DNA of 64,000 nucleotides, from NCBI GenBank assembly GCA_017608025.1, contig JAFCGM010000004.1:90744-154743 (forward strand), in the 5' to 3' direction. Within the stretch, counting starts at the first letter, position 1, and every line of letters starts with the position of its first letter. The notes under the pieces are model-generated. The model saw only the letters and a program-made list of their open reading frames with translations. It was not told the origin of the DNA and searched no databases. The position numbers and the translations under genes are program-made. This document shows positions 8,934-18,157 of the stretch, in pieces. The DNA comes from Candidatus Pacearchaeota archaeon. Lineage in GTDB: Archaea; Nanobdellota; Nanobdellia; UBA10117; JABICX01.

Positions 8934-9552
8934 AACAAAATCAAAAAAAGCAGAGTTTTTCATGATAAGCATAGCAATAATACTTCTTTTCATGCTAACT
9001 CTTTTGGGATTTCCAAAAAGCGCTGTGCAATCAACACATTTCTCTGAAATAAACTATAATTCTGAAATAATGAAATTAATTGAAGCAAAAAACTCAGGAA
9101 ACTTCTGGAACTACACTTGGCAAAGCCAAATGAAAATTTCCTCAGCTTCAAATGAAACTGGCCGCCTTAAAATAGAAAATTTTGAAATATCCTCAGGATT
9201 TGCTTGCGAAGAAGACATTGTAGTTCTAAATTCAGCAAAAAGTGAAATAGATTCTGATACTGTTTCTGTTGGAATAGGACTCTGCGATATTGCTTTTGAA
9301 ATTGAACCTAACAAAAAATATTACATAATTTATAACGCATTTTATCCATACACAGCATCTTACAGTCGAGCAATGCCTTCTGGCGAATTTAACAAAACGT
9401 ATACAGAAATTGCAGACAAAACACATAACTTCTGCATATATTCTAAAGAAAGCATAGGCTCAAAAGCAGATTTTAACTGCACAATTCTTGAACAAAATAA
9501 AATTAGTATTTCATATGAATCTCCGAAAATAATGTATTCTGGAGTTATATAA
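8929..9552 (+). CDS. Pilin-like protein with a class III signal peptide.
   Basis: ATG at 8929 preceded by GAGG at 8917-8920 (9 nt upstream). N-terminus MKTKSKKAEFFMISIAIILLFML. The ORF-track start at 8926 is GTG. Confidence 0.45.
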   Translation: MKTKSKKAEFFMISIAIILLFMLTLLGFPKSAVQSTHFSEINYNSEIMKLIEAKNSGNFWNYTWQSQMKISSASNETGRLKIENFEISSGFACEEDIVVLNSAKSEIDSDTVSVGIGLCDIAFEIEPNKKYYIIYNAFYPYTASYSRAMPSGEFNKTYTEIADKTHNFCIYSKESIGSKADFNCTILEQNKISISYESPKIMYSGVI

Positions 9553-9583
9553 ATCTTAAAATGCAAAACCTTCATTTAATATT

Positions 9584-11743
9584 ATGGACTTTTCCTCATT
9601 TGAAAAAAAAATTCACTCTGCGCTTTTTAAAGAAATAAAAAACCTTTCTCCTAGACCTTGTCAGAAAAAAGCATTAAAGCAAGGTCTTCTTGAAAAAAGC
9701 AATATTCTTGTTTGCAGCCCCACTGCCTCAGGAAAAACTCTTGTAGCTGAAATTGCTGCAATAAACTCAATTCTGAAAACAGGAAAAAAAGCCATTTACA
9801 TCGTCCCTCTAAAAAGCCTTGCATCAGAAAAATACGATGAATTTAAAGAAAAATATGAAAAAATAGGAATTAAAATAGGCATTTCAATCGGAGACCTTGA
9901 CTCAAAAGACCCTTGGCTGAAAAACAAGGACTTAATAATTGCAACATCTGAAAAAATGGATTCTCTAATTCGGCATAATGCATCATGGATTTCCCAAATA
10001 AACATTGCAGTAATTGATGAAATCCATTTAATGAATGATGAATCTCGCGGACCAACTTTAGAAGTGCTAATAACTGCCTTAAAAAAAAGAATAAAAAACA
10101 TTCAGGTAATTTCTTTGTCAGCAACAATTGGAAATCCTCGCGAGCTTGCAGACTGGCTAGATGCAGAGCTTGTCTATGATGAATGGCGTCCTGTAAAGCT
10201 TAGTCAAGCAGTATTTTTTGAAGACAAAATAACTTTGAAAAAGTCTCAGAAAATAAGTCTTGAAAAGGACGAGCTTTTTTCACTTGTAAAGTACTTCAAA
10301 GAAAAGGGTTTGCAAATGCTTGTTTTCTGTCCAACAAAAAAAACAGCAGAATCCTCTGCAGAAAAAGCAAGCGCAATCTTTAACTCAAACCTTGAAGACG
10401 AAAAATCAAAAATACTTTCCGCCCTGCCACAACCAACAAAACAATGCAAAAAACTGGCAAAATGCATTGAAAAAGGGGTAGCTTTTCATCATGCAGGTCT
10501 TGTAAATTCTCAAAAAAAACTAATTGAAAATTCCTTTAGAAAAAGAAAAGTCAAAGCAATTTTTTGCACACCTACTTTAGCAATGGGACTTAATCTTCCA
10601 GCAGACATTGTTATAATGAAATCTTTGAAAAGATTTTCAAAAAGATTTGGAAATGCATGGATTCCTGTGCTTGAATATCATCAAATGACTGGCAGAGCTG
10701 GAAGACCGCAGTCAAAATCAAAAGAAGGCCTCGCAGTATCAATTGCAAAAACAGAAGCAGAAAAGGAAATTATTGAAAAGAAATATATAAATGGAAAACC
10801 TGAACCTATTTTAAGTAAACTTGCAGTAGAGCCTATTTTACGGCAAGTTATTCTTGCCCTTGTAGCAAGCAACATTGTTGCAGACAGAAAAGGCCTTTTG
10901 AAGTTTTTTAAGAGCACTTTTTATGGCTTCCAATTCGGCGATGACTGGACATTTGAAGACAAAATCCTTTCTGTTCTCAAAACCCTGAAGCAGAATTCAT
11001 TTATAAAAGAAAAAAATCATTTGGAAGCGACAAAGCTTGGAAAGCGTGTTTCTCAGCTTTACATTGATCCTGAAACTGCAATAAAAATGATTAATGCATT
11101 GAAAATGGAAAAAGGAAATACTTTTACATTTTTGCAGTTGGTTTGCAACACTCTTGAAATGCGTCCACTTGTTCGAGCAAAAGCAAAAGATTTGGAAAAG
11201 ATAGAAGACCTTATTCTAATGCATAAAGAAAACTTATTGACAAATCTGCCAAATGAATGGGATTATAACTATGATTTTTTCATTGACTCAGTAAAAACCG
11301 CCAATCTTCTTTATGACTGGATTTCAGAAAAATCAGAAGAAGATATAATGCTTTTATATAGAATCCGTCCCGGAGAACTAAAATACAAAATTGATAACAG
11401 TAATTGGCTACTTTATGCAATGAGTGAATTGGCTAAAATAATAAACAAAAAAGATTCATACTCTAAAATAAACAAGCTTAGAATTCGAATTAAGAATGGA
11501 ATAAAAGAGGAACTTTTGCCTCTTGTTAAAATTCGTGGCATCGGCAGATTCAGGGCAAGGCTCCTTTACAACAATGGAATTAGAACAATTTCTGAAATAA
11601 AAAAAGCAGAGCCAGAAAAAATCGCCAGAATAATAAAATCTGTGGCAATTGCAAAAAAAATCAAGCAAGAAGTTGGCCAAAAAATAAAACATATCAATCC
11701 AGTTTCAATAAAAGAAGGGCAAGTAAAATTATCAGATTTCTGA
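9584..11743 (+). CDS. hel308: Hel308/Hjm (Ski2-like) DNA repair helicase.
   Basis: Walker A CSPTASGKT, DEIH box (VIDEIHLM), 719 aa, C-terminal HhH-like domain. Confidence 0.85.
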   Translation: MDFSSFEKKIHSALFKEIKNLSPRPCQKKALKQGLLEKSNILVCSPTASGKTLVAEIAAINSILKTGKKAIYIVPLKSLASEKYDEFKEKYEKIGIKIGISIGDLDSKDPWLKNKDLIIATSEKMDSLIRHNASWISQINIAVIDEIHLMNDESRGPTLEVLITALKKRIKNIQVISLSATIGNPRELADWLDAELVYDEWRPVKLSQAVFFEDKITLKKSQKISLEKDELFSLVKYFKEKGLQMLVFCPTKKTAESSAEKASAIFNSNLEDEKSKILSALPQPTKQCKKLAKCIEKGVAFHHAGLVNSQKKLIENSFRKRKVKAIFCTPTLAMGLNLPADIVIMKSLKRFSKRFGNAWIPVLEYHQMTGRAGRPQSKSKEGLAVSIAKTEAEKEIIEKKYINGKPEPILSKLAVEPILRQVILALVASNIVADRKGLLKFFKSTFYGFQFGDDWTFEDKILSVLKTLKQNSFIKEKNHLEATKLGKRVSQLYIDPETAIKMINALKMEKGNTFTFLQLVCNTLEMRPLVRAKAKDLEKIEDLILMHKENLLTNLPNEWDYNYDFFIDSVKTANLLYDWISEKSEEDIMLLYRIRPGELKYKIDNSNWLLYAMSELAKIINKKDSYSKINKLRIRIKNGIKEELLPLVKIRGIGRFRARLLYNNGIRTISEIKKAEPEKIARIIKSVAIAKKIKQEVGQKIKHINPVSIKEGQVKLSDF

Positions 11744-11761
11744 GTTGTGGAAAGAAAAGAT

Positions 11762-12469
11762 TTACTCAACTCTTCTAGCGAAAACCAAAAAAGCAGTATG
11801 ACCTAACTGCTGAAACTTTGGCCTTGCGATATCTCCTTTGACTTTCCACTCTTTAATTGGATTTTCAATAACATGCTCAATCAAAAATCCTTTTTCCTCT
11901 GCAAAATTAACAAACTTCACTACCTGAGTCATTTGCGGCAAATAAGCAACAGCATATCCACCAATTTTAACTCTTAAAATATCAACTTTCCACGGCTCAG
12001 GCAAATCCAATGCAAGCAAATCAATATTCCGCTCATTTAATTCACTATAAACATCTGCATTTTTTATCTGAACATTTTTTATTCCCAGCAGCTCAAAATT
12101 TTTCTTTGCAATTTTAATAAATTCCTTTCTTTTTTCATATGAAACAATTTTTTTGGGAAAAACAATTTTTGCAAGATAAGCAGCAAGCCACCCAGAGCCA
12201 GTTCCTGCATCAACAACCTTGGAATTCTTGCCAATTCCAGTAAAAGCAGCAATCAAAGCAGAATCTTTAAGAAGAACTGCTTGCGGCCCTCTTTTGCATT
12301 TATTCAAAATATCAGAAAAATTGGCATCAATCTGGTAAAAATCCTTTCCAAGATGGCTTTTTGTCTTGCCATTTTTAGAATCTACAGAAACTTCTCCATG
12401 CTTTGTTGAAAATTTTCCTTTTTTCTTAACTAAATATTTTTTCCCTAAAAAATCAATCAGCAATTTCAT
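11762..12469 (-). CDS. trmI: tRNA (adenine-N1)-methyltransferase TrmI/GCD14-like SAM-dependent methyltransferase.
   Basis: SAM motif VDAGTGSGWLAAYLA, ~235 aa. Confidence 0.65.
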   Translation of the reverse strand: MKLLIDFLGKKYLVKKKGKFSTKHGEVSVDSKNGKTKSHLGKDFYQIDANFSDILNKCKRGPQAVLLKDSALIAAFTGIGKNSKVVDAGTGSGWLAAYLAKIVFPKKIVSYEKRKEFIKIAKKNFELLGIKNVQIKNADVYSELNERNIDLLALDLPEPWKVDILRVKIGGYAVAYLPQMTQVVKFVNFAEEKGFLIEHVIENPIKEWKVKGDIARPKFQQLGHTAFLVFARRVE

Positions 12470-12774
12470 TTTCTTTTATTTCTAGAAAAAGTTCTTTCTT
12501 TCAAAAGAAACCTAGAAGCAATTATCCATGAAAAAAGGCCGATTAAAAGCAAAGCAGCAGACAAAGAAACAATTGAAGTACCACTGAAAAATGTTTGAAT
12601 TGATTTCTCTTCTGCATTTGAAAAAATCTCAACAGTAAAACCAAAAACAAAAATAATAATAAGAATCACTATTGAAATAACAGAAAAGAATTTTCTCTTT
12701 TTTGAAAAGTCCTTATCCATATCTATTAAAAAAAAATAAACAAATATAACCTTTATCCTAACAAACAAAAACAT
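12466..12774 (-). CDS. Small hypothetical membrane protein.
   Basis: ORF with two predicted TM helices and no recognisable motif. Confidence 0.3.
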   Translation of the reverse strand: MFLFVRIKVIFVYFFLIDMDKDFSKKRKFFSVISIVILIIIFVFGFTVEIFSNAEEKSIQTFFSGTSIVSLSAALLLIGLFSWIIASRFLLKERTFSRNKRK

Positions 12775-12788
12775 TTAAAACAATTCGC

Positions 12789-13676
12789 TTGTATTTTAAA
12801 AAAATGAATATATTAAACTCAATAAAAAATTTTTATGAAAAAAAATATAAGATTCTAGCAATAATTCCTCTTATAATTCTTTTAAGTTCAGTTGCATATC
12901 TTGGTTTTGTAAAAGCTTCAACTGGAGAATTTATTCAAAAAGATGTTTCTCTAAGCGGAGGAGTAATGATTACAATAAATACAAACGAAAATTTCAATGT
13001 AAAGGAACTCGAAGAACAATTTGAAAGCACAAAAGTTCGGCAAATAAAAGCAGCAGGAACAACAGAAATTCTAGGCTATTCTTTTGAATCAAACTACTAC
13101 TCTATTGAAGACCTTAAATCAAAAATCCACAAAACTACAAGCTTTGAATTTCAGGAAGGAAGCTATAGCATTGAGGAAACAAGCGCTTCATTAAGCTCTG
13201 CATTTTGGAGCAGCGCAATAAAAGCAATGATTTTCGCTTTTCTATTCATTTCAGTTGTTGTTTTTATATACTTTAGAAAAATTATACCTTCAGTAGCAAT
13301 TGTCCTCTCAGCTATTTCTGACATAATAATAACATTAACTGTGCTGAACATATTAAACATCTCTCTTTCAACAGCAGGAATTGCAGCAATTCTAATGTTA
13401 ATTGGTTATTCTGTTGACTCAAACATTCTCCTAACAACAAAAGTTGTAAAAAGAAAAAAAGATCTTTTTGAAAGCATTTTCACTGCAATGAAAACCGGCC
13501 TTACAATGCAAGCAACAACAATCGTGGCTCTGCTTTGTATCTTCCTTTTTTCTCCTGCAGAAATTTTGAAATCAATTACGCTAATCCTTATAATTGGAAT
13601 CCTTGTTGACTCAATAAACACTTGGATACAAAACGCCGGAATACTAAGCTGGTGGTCAAAAAAATGGGAAAAATAA
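12789..13676 (+). CDS. secF: Protein-export membrane protein SecF.
   Basis: N-terminal TM, periplasmic domain and C-terminal TM bundle. Lies directly upstream of and overlapping secD, the usual archaeal order. Confidence 0.75.
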   Translation: MYFKKMNILNSIKNFYEKKYKILAIIPLIILLSSVAYLGFVKASTGEFIQKDVSLSGGVMITINTNENFNVKELEEQFESTKVRQIKAAGTTEILGYSFESNYYSIEDLKSKIHKTTSFEFQEGSYSIEETSASLSSAFWSSAIKAMIFAFLFISVVVFIYFRKIIPSVAIVLSAISDIIITLTVLNILNISLSTAGIAAILMLIGYSVDSNILLTTKVVKRKKDLFESIFTAMKTGLTMQATTIVALLCIFLFSPAEILKSITLILIIGILVDSINTWIQNAGILSWWSKKWEK

Positions 13677-15232
13677 AGCAGATATTTTCATCATGGAAAA
13701 TCTGGCTCTTGCTAGCAGTACTGATACTTTCTATCTGGTCCATGTTTAACATAGAGGATTCAACAAACGGAAACATTGAAATAACCTATATTGAAAAAAA
13801 CTCAACATTTGAAGCAGCAGGATTGTCTTCTGGAAAAATAATAAATGAAATTAATAACCAAAAAATAGAAAACATCTCAGAGTTTAATAAAAAACTAAAT
13901 TCTTTTGAACCAAAAGACATAATCATAATAAAAACTCAGCAAGGATTAATTTTCAAAAAAACAGAAGAATACAAAGTTCTTGCTGAGAAAAACATGTCTT
14001 CTAAAATAAGAACAAAAGAAGTTGAATTTACAAAAATTCAAAAAGGCCTTGATTTAATTGGCGGCGCAAGAGTAATTTTAAAGCCAAATGAAAACATAAC
14101 TTCTCAGCAATTTTCAGACCTTCTGGCATTAATTGAAGAAAGAATGAACGTCTATGGCTTAAAAGACATAACCGTAAAATCTGTTACCGACATTTCAGGT
14201 CAAAAGTATGTTTTAATTGAAATCGCTGGTGCAAGCAGAGAAGAAGTAATTGACCTTGTGTCAAACCAAGGAAAGTTTGAAGCAAAAATAGCAAATAAAA
14301 CAATTTTTGTTGGTGGACAGGATATAAAATCAGTTTGCAGAGACACTTCTTGTTCAGGTGTTGCTCTGCAAAGTTGTGGTCAGTCTGAAACTGGGCAATG
14401 GTTCTGTCGCTACAATTTCAGAATAGACATAACTCCTAAAAGTGCTGAAAAATTTGCACAAGTTACATCCACAATTCCAATTGAATATGATTCTAAAACA
14501 GAAGAAAACTACCTTACAAAGCAAATTGACCTTTATCTTGACAATTCCCTTGTTGAATCCCTTAACATCGCTGCAGGACTAAAAGGTGAAGCAACAACTT
14601 CAATCACAATCTCTGGTCCAGGAATAGGCCAAACAAAGCAAGCAGCAATAAATGATGCAATTAATAAAATGAACAAAATGCAAACTCTGCTTATAACAGG
14701 CTCATTGCCAGTAAAGCTCGAAATTTCAAAAGTGGATATAATAAGTCCTTTATTAGGAAGCAATTTTCTTAAATATGCTTTCATATCTTTCGGAATTGCC
14801 CTTCTTGGTGTCGGAGCAGTAGTATTTTTGAGATTCAGAAAACTAAAGATAACAATACCAATTTTAATAACTGGAATTTCCGAAATCATAATCATCTTAG
14901 GAGTTGCATCTGTAATAAAATGGAATATTGACTTTGCAGCAATTGCCGGAATTCTCGCAACAATTGGAACAGGAGTAGATGATCAAATTGTCATAACTGA
15001 TGAAGTTTTAAGAGGTGAAATAGACTCCTCGTGGAAGCAAAAAATAAAAAACGCATTCTTCATTATAATGGCAGCATATTTCACAACTCTTGTTGCAATG
15101 GGCCCTCTTTACTTAATGGGCACAGGTCTTTTGAAAGGATTTGCAGTCACAACCATAATTGGAATCACTGCTGGCGTATTAATAACTCGGCCAGCATTTG
15201 CAAAAATAATTGAAATACTTCTGAAAGAATAA
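13622..15232 (+). CDS. secD: Protein-export membrane protein SecD. The true start is probably the ATG at 13664 (MGKIKQIF).
   Basis: Large periplasmic domain plus C-terminal 6-TM SecD/SecF fold (GTGVDDQIVITDE). 536 aa. Confidence 0.75.
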   Translation: MDTKRRNTKLVVKKMGKIKQIFSSWKIWLLLAVLILSIWSMFNIEDSTNGNIEITYIEKNSTFEAAGLSSGKIINEINNQKIENISEFNKKLNSFEPKDIIIIKTQQGLIFKKTEEYKVLAEKNMSSKIRTKEVEFTKIQKGLDLIGGARVILKPNENITSQQFSDLLALIEERMNVYGLKDITVKSVTDISGQKYVLIEIAGASREEVIDLVSNQGKFEAKIANKTIFVGGQDIKSVCRDTSCSGVALQSCGQSETGQWFCRYNFRIDITPKSAEKFAQVTSTIPIEYDSKTEENYLTKQIDLYLDNSLVESLNIAAGLKGEATTSITISGPGIGQTKQAAINDAINKMNKMQTLLITGSLPVKLEISKVDIISPLLGSNFLKYAFISFGIALLGVGAVVFLRFRKLKITIPILITGISEIIIILGVASVIKWNIDFAAIAGILATIGTGVDDQIVITDEVLRGEIDSSWKQKIKNAFFIIMAAYFTTLVAMGPLYLMGTGLLKGFAVTTIIGITAGVLITRPAFAKIIEILLKE

Positions 15233-15251
15233 GTTTTACATAAAAAAAAGA

Positions 15252-15259
15252 TTTATAAA
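15252..15259 (+). promoter_or_regulatory. Archaeal TATA box (TTTATAAA) with an A-rich BRE-like stretch upstream, 25-32 nt 5' of the tRNAi-Met.
   Basis: TTTATAAA at the expected about -27 position relative to the tRNA 5' end at 15284. Confidence 0.5.
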
Positions 15260-15283
15260 CCCAATTTTTTAATACAATTTATT

Positions 15284-15358
15284 AGCGGGATGGGGCAGTC
15301 TGGAGTGCCCGTCGGGCTCATAACCCGAAGGTCGAAGGTTCAAATCCTTCTCCCGCTA
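15284..15358 (+). tRNA. tRNA-Met (anticodon CAT), initiator-type.
   Basis: Cloverleaf: acceptor AGCGGGA/TCCCGCT, anticodon stem TCGGG/CCCGA with three G:C pairs, loop CTCATAA, T-arm GAAGG-TTCAAAT-CCTTC. A1:U72 pair, archaeal initiator signature. Confidence 0.85.
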
Positions 15359-15543
15359 CTTACAAGGAGAAATTCAATAAACCTTTTGGGTTGGAAAACA
15401 TCCCTGAAGGTTTTCCGCCAGAAACGAACGTAGTTCGTGCCTATGAAATAGTGCTTTTTTAAAAGGGCTGTTTAGGGTTGGAAGACCTTTTTCAAAGGGA
15501 TTCCGTTTGAATCCTTCTCCCGCTACTTACAAGGAGAAATTCA
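15343..15543 (+). mobile_element. 133-bp repeat element (15377-15509) inserted at the 3' end of tRNAi-Met, flanked by a 34-bp direct duplication of the tRNA 3' end plus downstream sequence (15343-15376 and 15510-15543).
   Basis: Exact direct repeat AATCCTTCTCCCGCTACTTACAAGGAGAAATTCA twice. The internal sequence shares a >50-nt near-identical core (GGTTTTCCGCCAGAAACGAACGTAGTTCGTGCCTATGAAATAGTGCTTTTT) with 35579-35632. Confidence 0.6.
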
Positions 15544-15556
15544 TCAAAAAAATAAA

Positions 15557-16207
15557 ATGAAAACATGCGGTGTTGATGAAGCTGGAAGAGGACCTATTAT
15601 CGGACCAATGGTTCTTGCAGGTGTTTGCGCTTCAGAAAAAAAACTAGAAGAATTAAAAAAGCTTCATATAAAAGATTCTAAATTACTAACTCCAAAACGG
15701 CGGGAAGAACTCTTCAAAAAGATAATTGCAAAATATAAATATGTAATTGTAAAAATATCTCCGCAAGAAATTGATTCTAACAACGCAAATGGAACAAATT
15801 TAAATCGCCTTGAAGCAAAAACTATTGCTCGAATAATTATGGAAATGAAACCTAACAAAGTAATTGTAGATTCTCCAGAACCTGCTGATGAGCAAAAATT
15901 TGGCCGAACAATAAAAGAACTATGTAAAAACTGCAAACCTAAAATTTCAAGTGAACATAAAGCAGATACAAACCACATTATTGTTGGTGCAGCCTCAATT
16001 CTAGCAAAAGTAACTCGCGACAAGGAAATTGAAAAAATAAAAAAAGAAACAAAAATAGATATTGGCTCAGGATACCCTTCAGATGAAATAACAATAAAAG
16101 CATTAAAAGAGCATTTAAGTGAACTTGAACCTTATATAAGAAAATGCTGGGCAACATACAAAAGACTCAAAGGTGAAAAGTTCCAAGCTAATTTAGAAGA
16201 TTTCTAG
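15557..16207 (+). CDS. rnhB: Ribonuclease HII.
   Basis: N-terminal GVDEAGRGPIIGPMV catalytic motif, 216 aa. Confidence 0.9.
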   Translation: MKTCGVDEAGRGPIIGPMVLAGVCASEKKLEELKKLHIKDSKLLTPKRREELFKKIIAKYKYVIVKISPQEIDSNNANGTNLNRLEAKTIARIIMEMKPNKVIVDSPEPADEQKFGRTIKELCKNCKPKISSEHKADTNHIIVGAASILAKVTRDKEIEKIKKETKIDIGSGYPSDEITIKALKEHLSELEPYIRKCWATYKRLKGEKFQANLEDF

Positions 16208-16364
16208 TTTGGGGTTGGAAGACCTTTTCTAAAGGGATTCCTGTGAAAAGTTCCAAGCTAATTTAGGAGATTTCTAATTCAGTGCACAACAATGCAAATG
16301 TTTGTGCGCTAAGCGTGGGTCCCTTCGCTTTAAGGACTTCCAAGCTAATTTAGGAGATTTCTAA
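16177..16364 (+). repeat. Three direct copies of the rnhB 3' end (ttccaagctaatttag[a/g]agatttcta[g/a]) at 16180-16207, 16248-16274 and 16339-16364, separated by two short hairpin elements (16208-16247; 16278-16338).
   Basis: Copy 1 ends in TAG; copies 2 and 3 are identical to each other and end in TAA. Inserts carry the family motifs tttggggttggaagaccttttctaaagggattcc and gtgggtcccttcgctttaaggact. Confidence 0.6.
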
Positions 16365-16756
16365 ACTTTCTCAAGAAGTTTATTAAGATAAGAAACAGTA
16401 ACATCTCGCATAAAGCGGATTATATCTATATTCTCTGGGTTATGCAGACGTATATTTTTCTTATCAACAACATATGTAAAATTAAAAGTATTAGTAATAA
16501 AATCAAAGGTTAAAATATCATGACAAGCAGTAATGCGCGATTCTAACGTCTCATCAGATTTACTCAAAAATAGCTGATAGATTAAACCACTATACGTTGA
16601 GATTTTATTATTTTTATAATCTCTAACAACATCCATAAAAATCTCGGGATCTTTTCTAATTTCAGCAGGCAATCCAAGAACCTCGTCTGGAATTGGAATT
16701 GCTCCAAACCCACATTTAGTTACTTCATAATCCTCAGGATTAAGATATTCAACCAT
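16361..16756 (-). CDS. Hypothetical protein (131 aa).
   Basis: ORF only. Its stop codon overlaps the last rnhB-tail repeat copy. Confidence 0.35.
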   Translation of the reverse strand: MVEYLNPEDYEVTKCGFGAIPIPDEVLGLPAEIRKDPEIFMDVVRDYKNNKISTYSGLIYQLFLSKSDETLESRITACHDILTFDFITNTFNFTYVVDKKNIRLHNPENIDIIRFMRDVTVSYLNKLLEKV

Positions 16757-16796
16757 AAATAAAATTCAATAAGCGTATTCTTAAACATTTGTATAA

Positions 16797-18107
16797 TCAC
16801 GGCGTCAACCTCTCAGTATCTCTTGGAAATAAAATTCCTTCTCTTATGTTTCCCAGACCGCAAATCATCATTGTAAGACGGTCAACTCCCAAACCAAAAC
16901 CTCCGTGAGGTGGCATTCCATATTTGAAAGGCATTAAATAATCCTTAAAATCTTTCGGATTCATTCCTTTTTCTTTTATTTGCTTTACAAGAACATCATA
17001 CCTGTGCTCTCTCTGGCTTCCAGTAAACATCTCTTGCCCTTTGTATTCCAAATCTCCTCCAAAACCAACTTTCTTATCCATCATCCAGTAAAATTTTCCC
17101 TCTTTCCTCGGAAGTTCAGAAATAAAATAAGCATCTGTCTTGTATTTGCTCTTCACAATATTTCCAAGAATTTTCTCCTTCTCCAAGTCAAGTTCTTCTC
17201 CTTTTTTCACTTTGACTCCAGACTTTTTAAGCAAATCAACTGCTTCTGAATGTTTTATTCTTGGAAATGGAAGTTTTGGAACATCAATCTTAACTCCTAG
17301 CTCCCTAAGTTCATTTTTGCATTCTCTCTTAACTTTCCTCAAAACATAAACCAGCATTCTTTCTCCAACAGAAAAAACATCTTCATACGAGTCTATAAAA
17401 GACATTTCAACATCCAAATGTGAGAACTCAGCAACATGCCTAATTGTATGTGATTTTTCAGCTCTGAAACTGGGACCTATTTCAAAAACTTTCTCAAACC
17501 CTGCAGCCATCATTATCTGCTTGTAAAGCTGCTGACTCTGAGACAAATAGGCTTTTTTATTAAAATAATCAAAAGCAAAAAGAGTTGCACCACCTTCTGC
17601 TCCAGACTCTGAAATTTTTGGGGTATGAACTTCAATAAAATCCTCTTTTCTGAAAAATTCTCTTAAAGCAGAAAAGATTTCCTGTCTTATCTTAAATATT
17701 GCAAGATTTCTCGAATTTCTTAAATCCAAAAACCTATTGTCAAGCCTTTTGCTAAACTCGGTTTCAATATTTTTATCGTGAATTGATATCGGCAATGGAG
17801 TTTTTGCCTTGTTTAAAATATCCATTTTAGAAACAACAACTTCATTTGCACCAGATTTGAGTTTTGATTTTTTAACTTCTCCTTCAACAAGAACAACTGA
17901 CTCAACAGTAAGATTTTTTATTTTTTCAAAATCTGGAAATTTTTTCTTCAAAAAAGTAAGCTGAATTTTACCTTCACGGTCTCTCAAAGTTATAAAAGAA
18001 AGCTTTCCTAAAAATTTTATTTTTTCAACCCAGCCAGCAAGAACAACATTTTTTCCAGACTGCATTTTCAAGGCTTTTCTTGTGCTTATTCTTTTGCTGA
18101 ATTTCAT
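16797..18107 (-). CDS. aspS: Aspartyl-tRNA synthetase, archaeal type (possibly non-discriminating Asp/Asn).
   Basis: N-terminal OB anticodon-binding domain, class II motifs (FRAE..., GGFGLGVDRL), C-terminal ...FPRDTERLTP. 436 aa. Confidence 0.8.
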   Translation of the reverse strand: MKFSKRISTRKALKMQSGKNVVLAGWVEKIKFLGKLSFITLRDREGKIQLTFLKKKFPDFEKIKNLTVESVVLVEGEVKKSKLKSGANEVVVSKMDILNKAKTPLPISIHDKNIETEFSKRLDNRFLDLRNSRNLAIFKIRQEIFSALREFFRKEDFIEVHTPKISESGAEGGATLFAFDYFNKKAYLSQSQQLYKQIMMAAGFEKVFEIGPSFRAEKSHTIRHVAEFSHLDVEMSFIDSYEDVFSVGERMLVYVLRKVKRECKNELRELGVKIDVPKLPFPRIKHSEAVDLLKKSGVKVKKGEELDLEKEKILGNIVKSKYKTDAYFISELPRKEGKFYWMMDKKVGFGGDLEYKGQEMFTGSQREHRYDVLVKQIKEKGMNPKDFKDYLMPFKYGMPPHGGFGLGVDRLTMMICGLGNIREGILFPRDTERLTP

Positions 18108-18157
18108 AATATTACTTTAAAATAAAGAAATAAAAGCATTGCTGTATTTGCTTGAAT

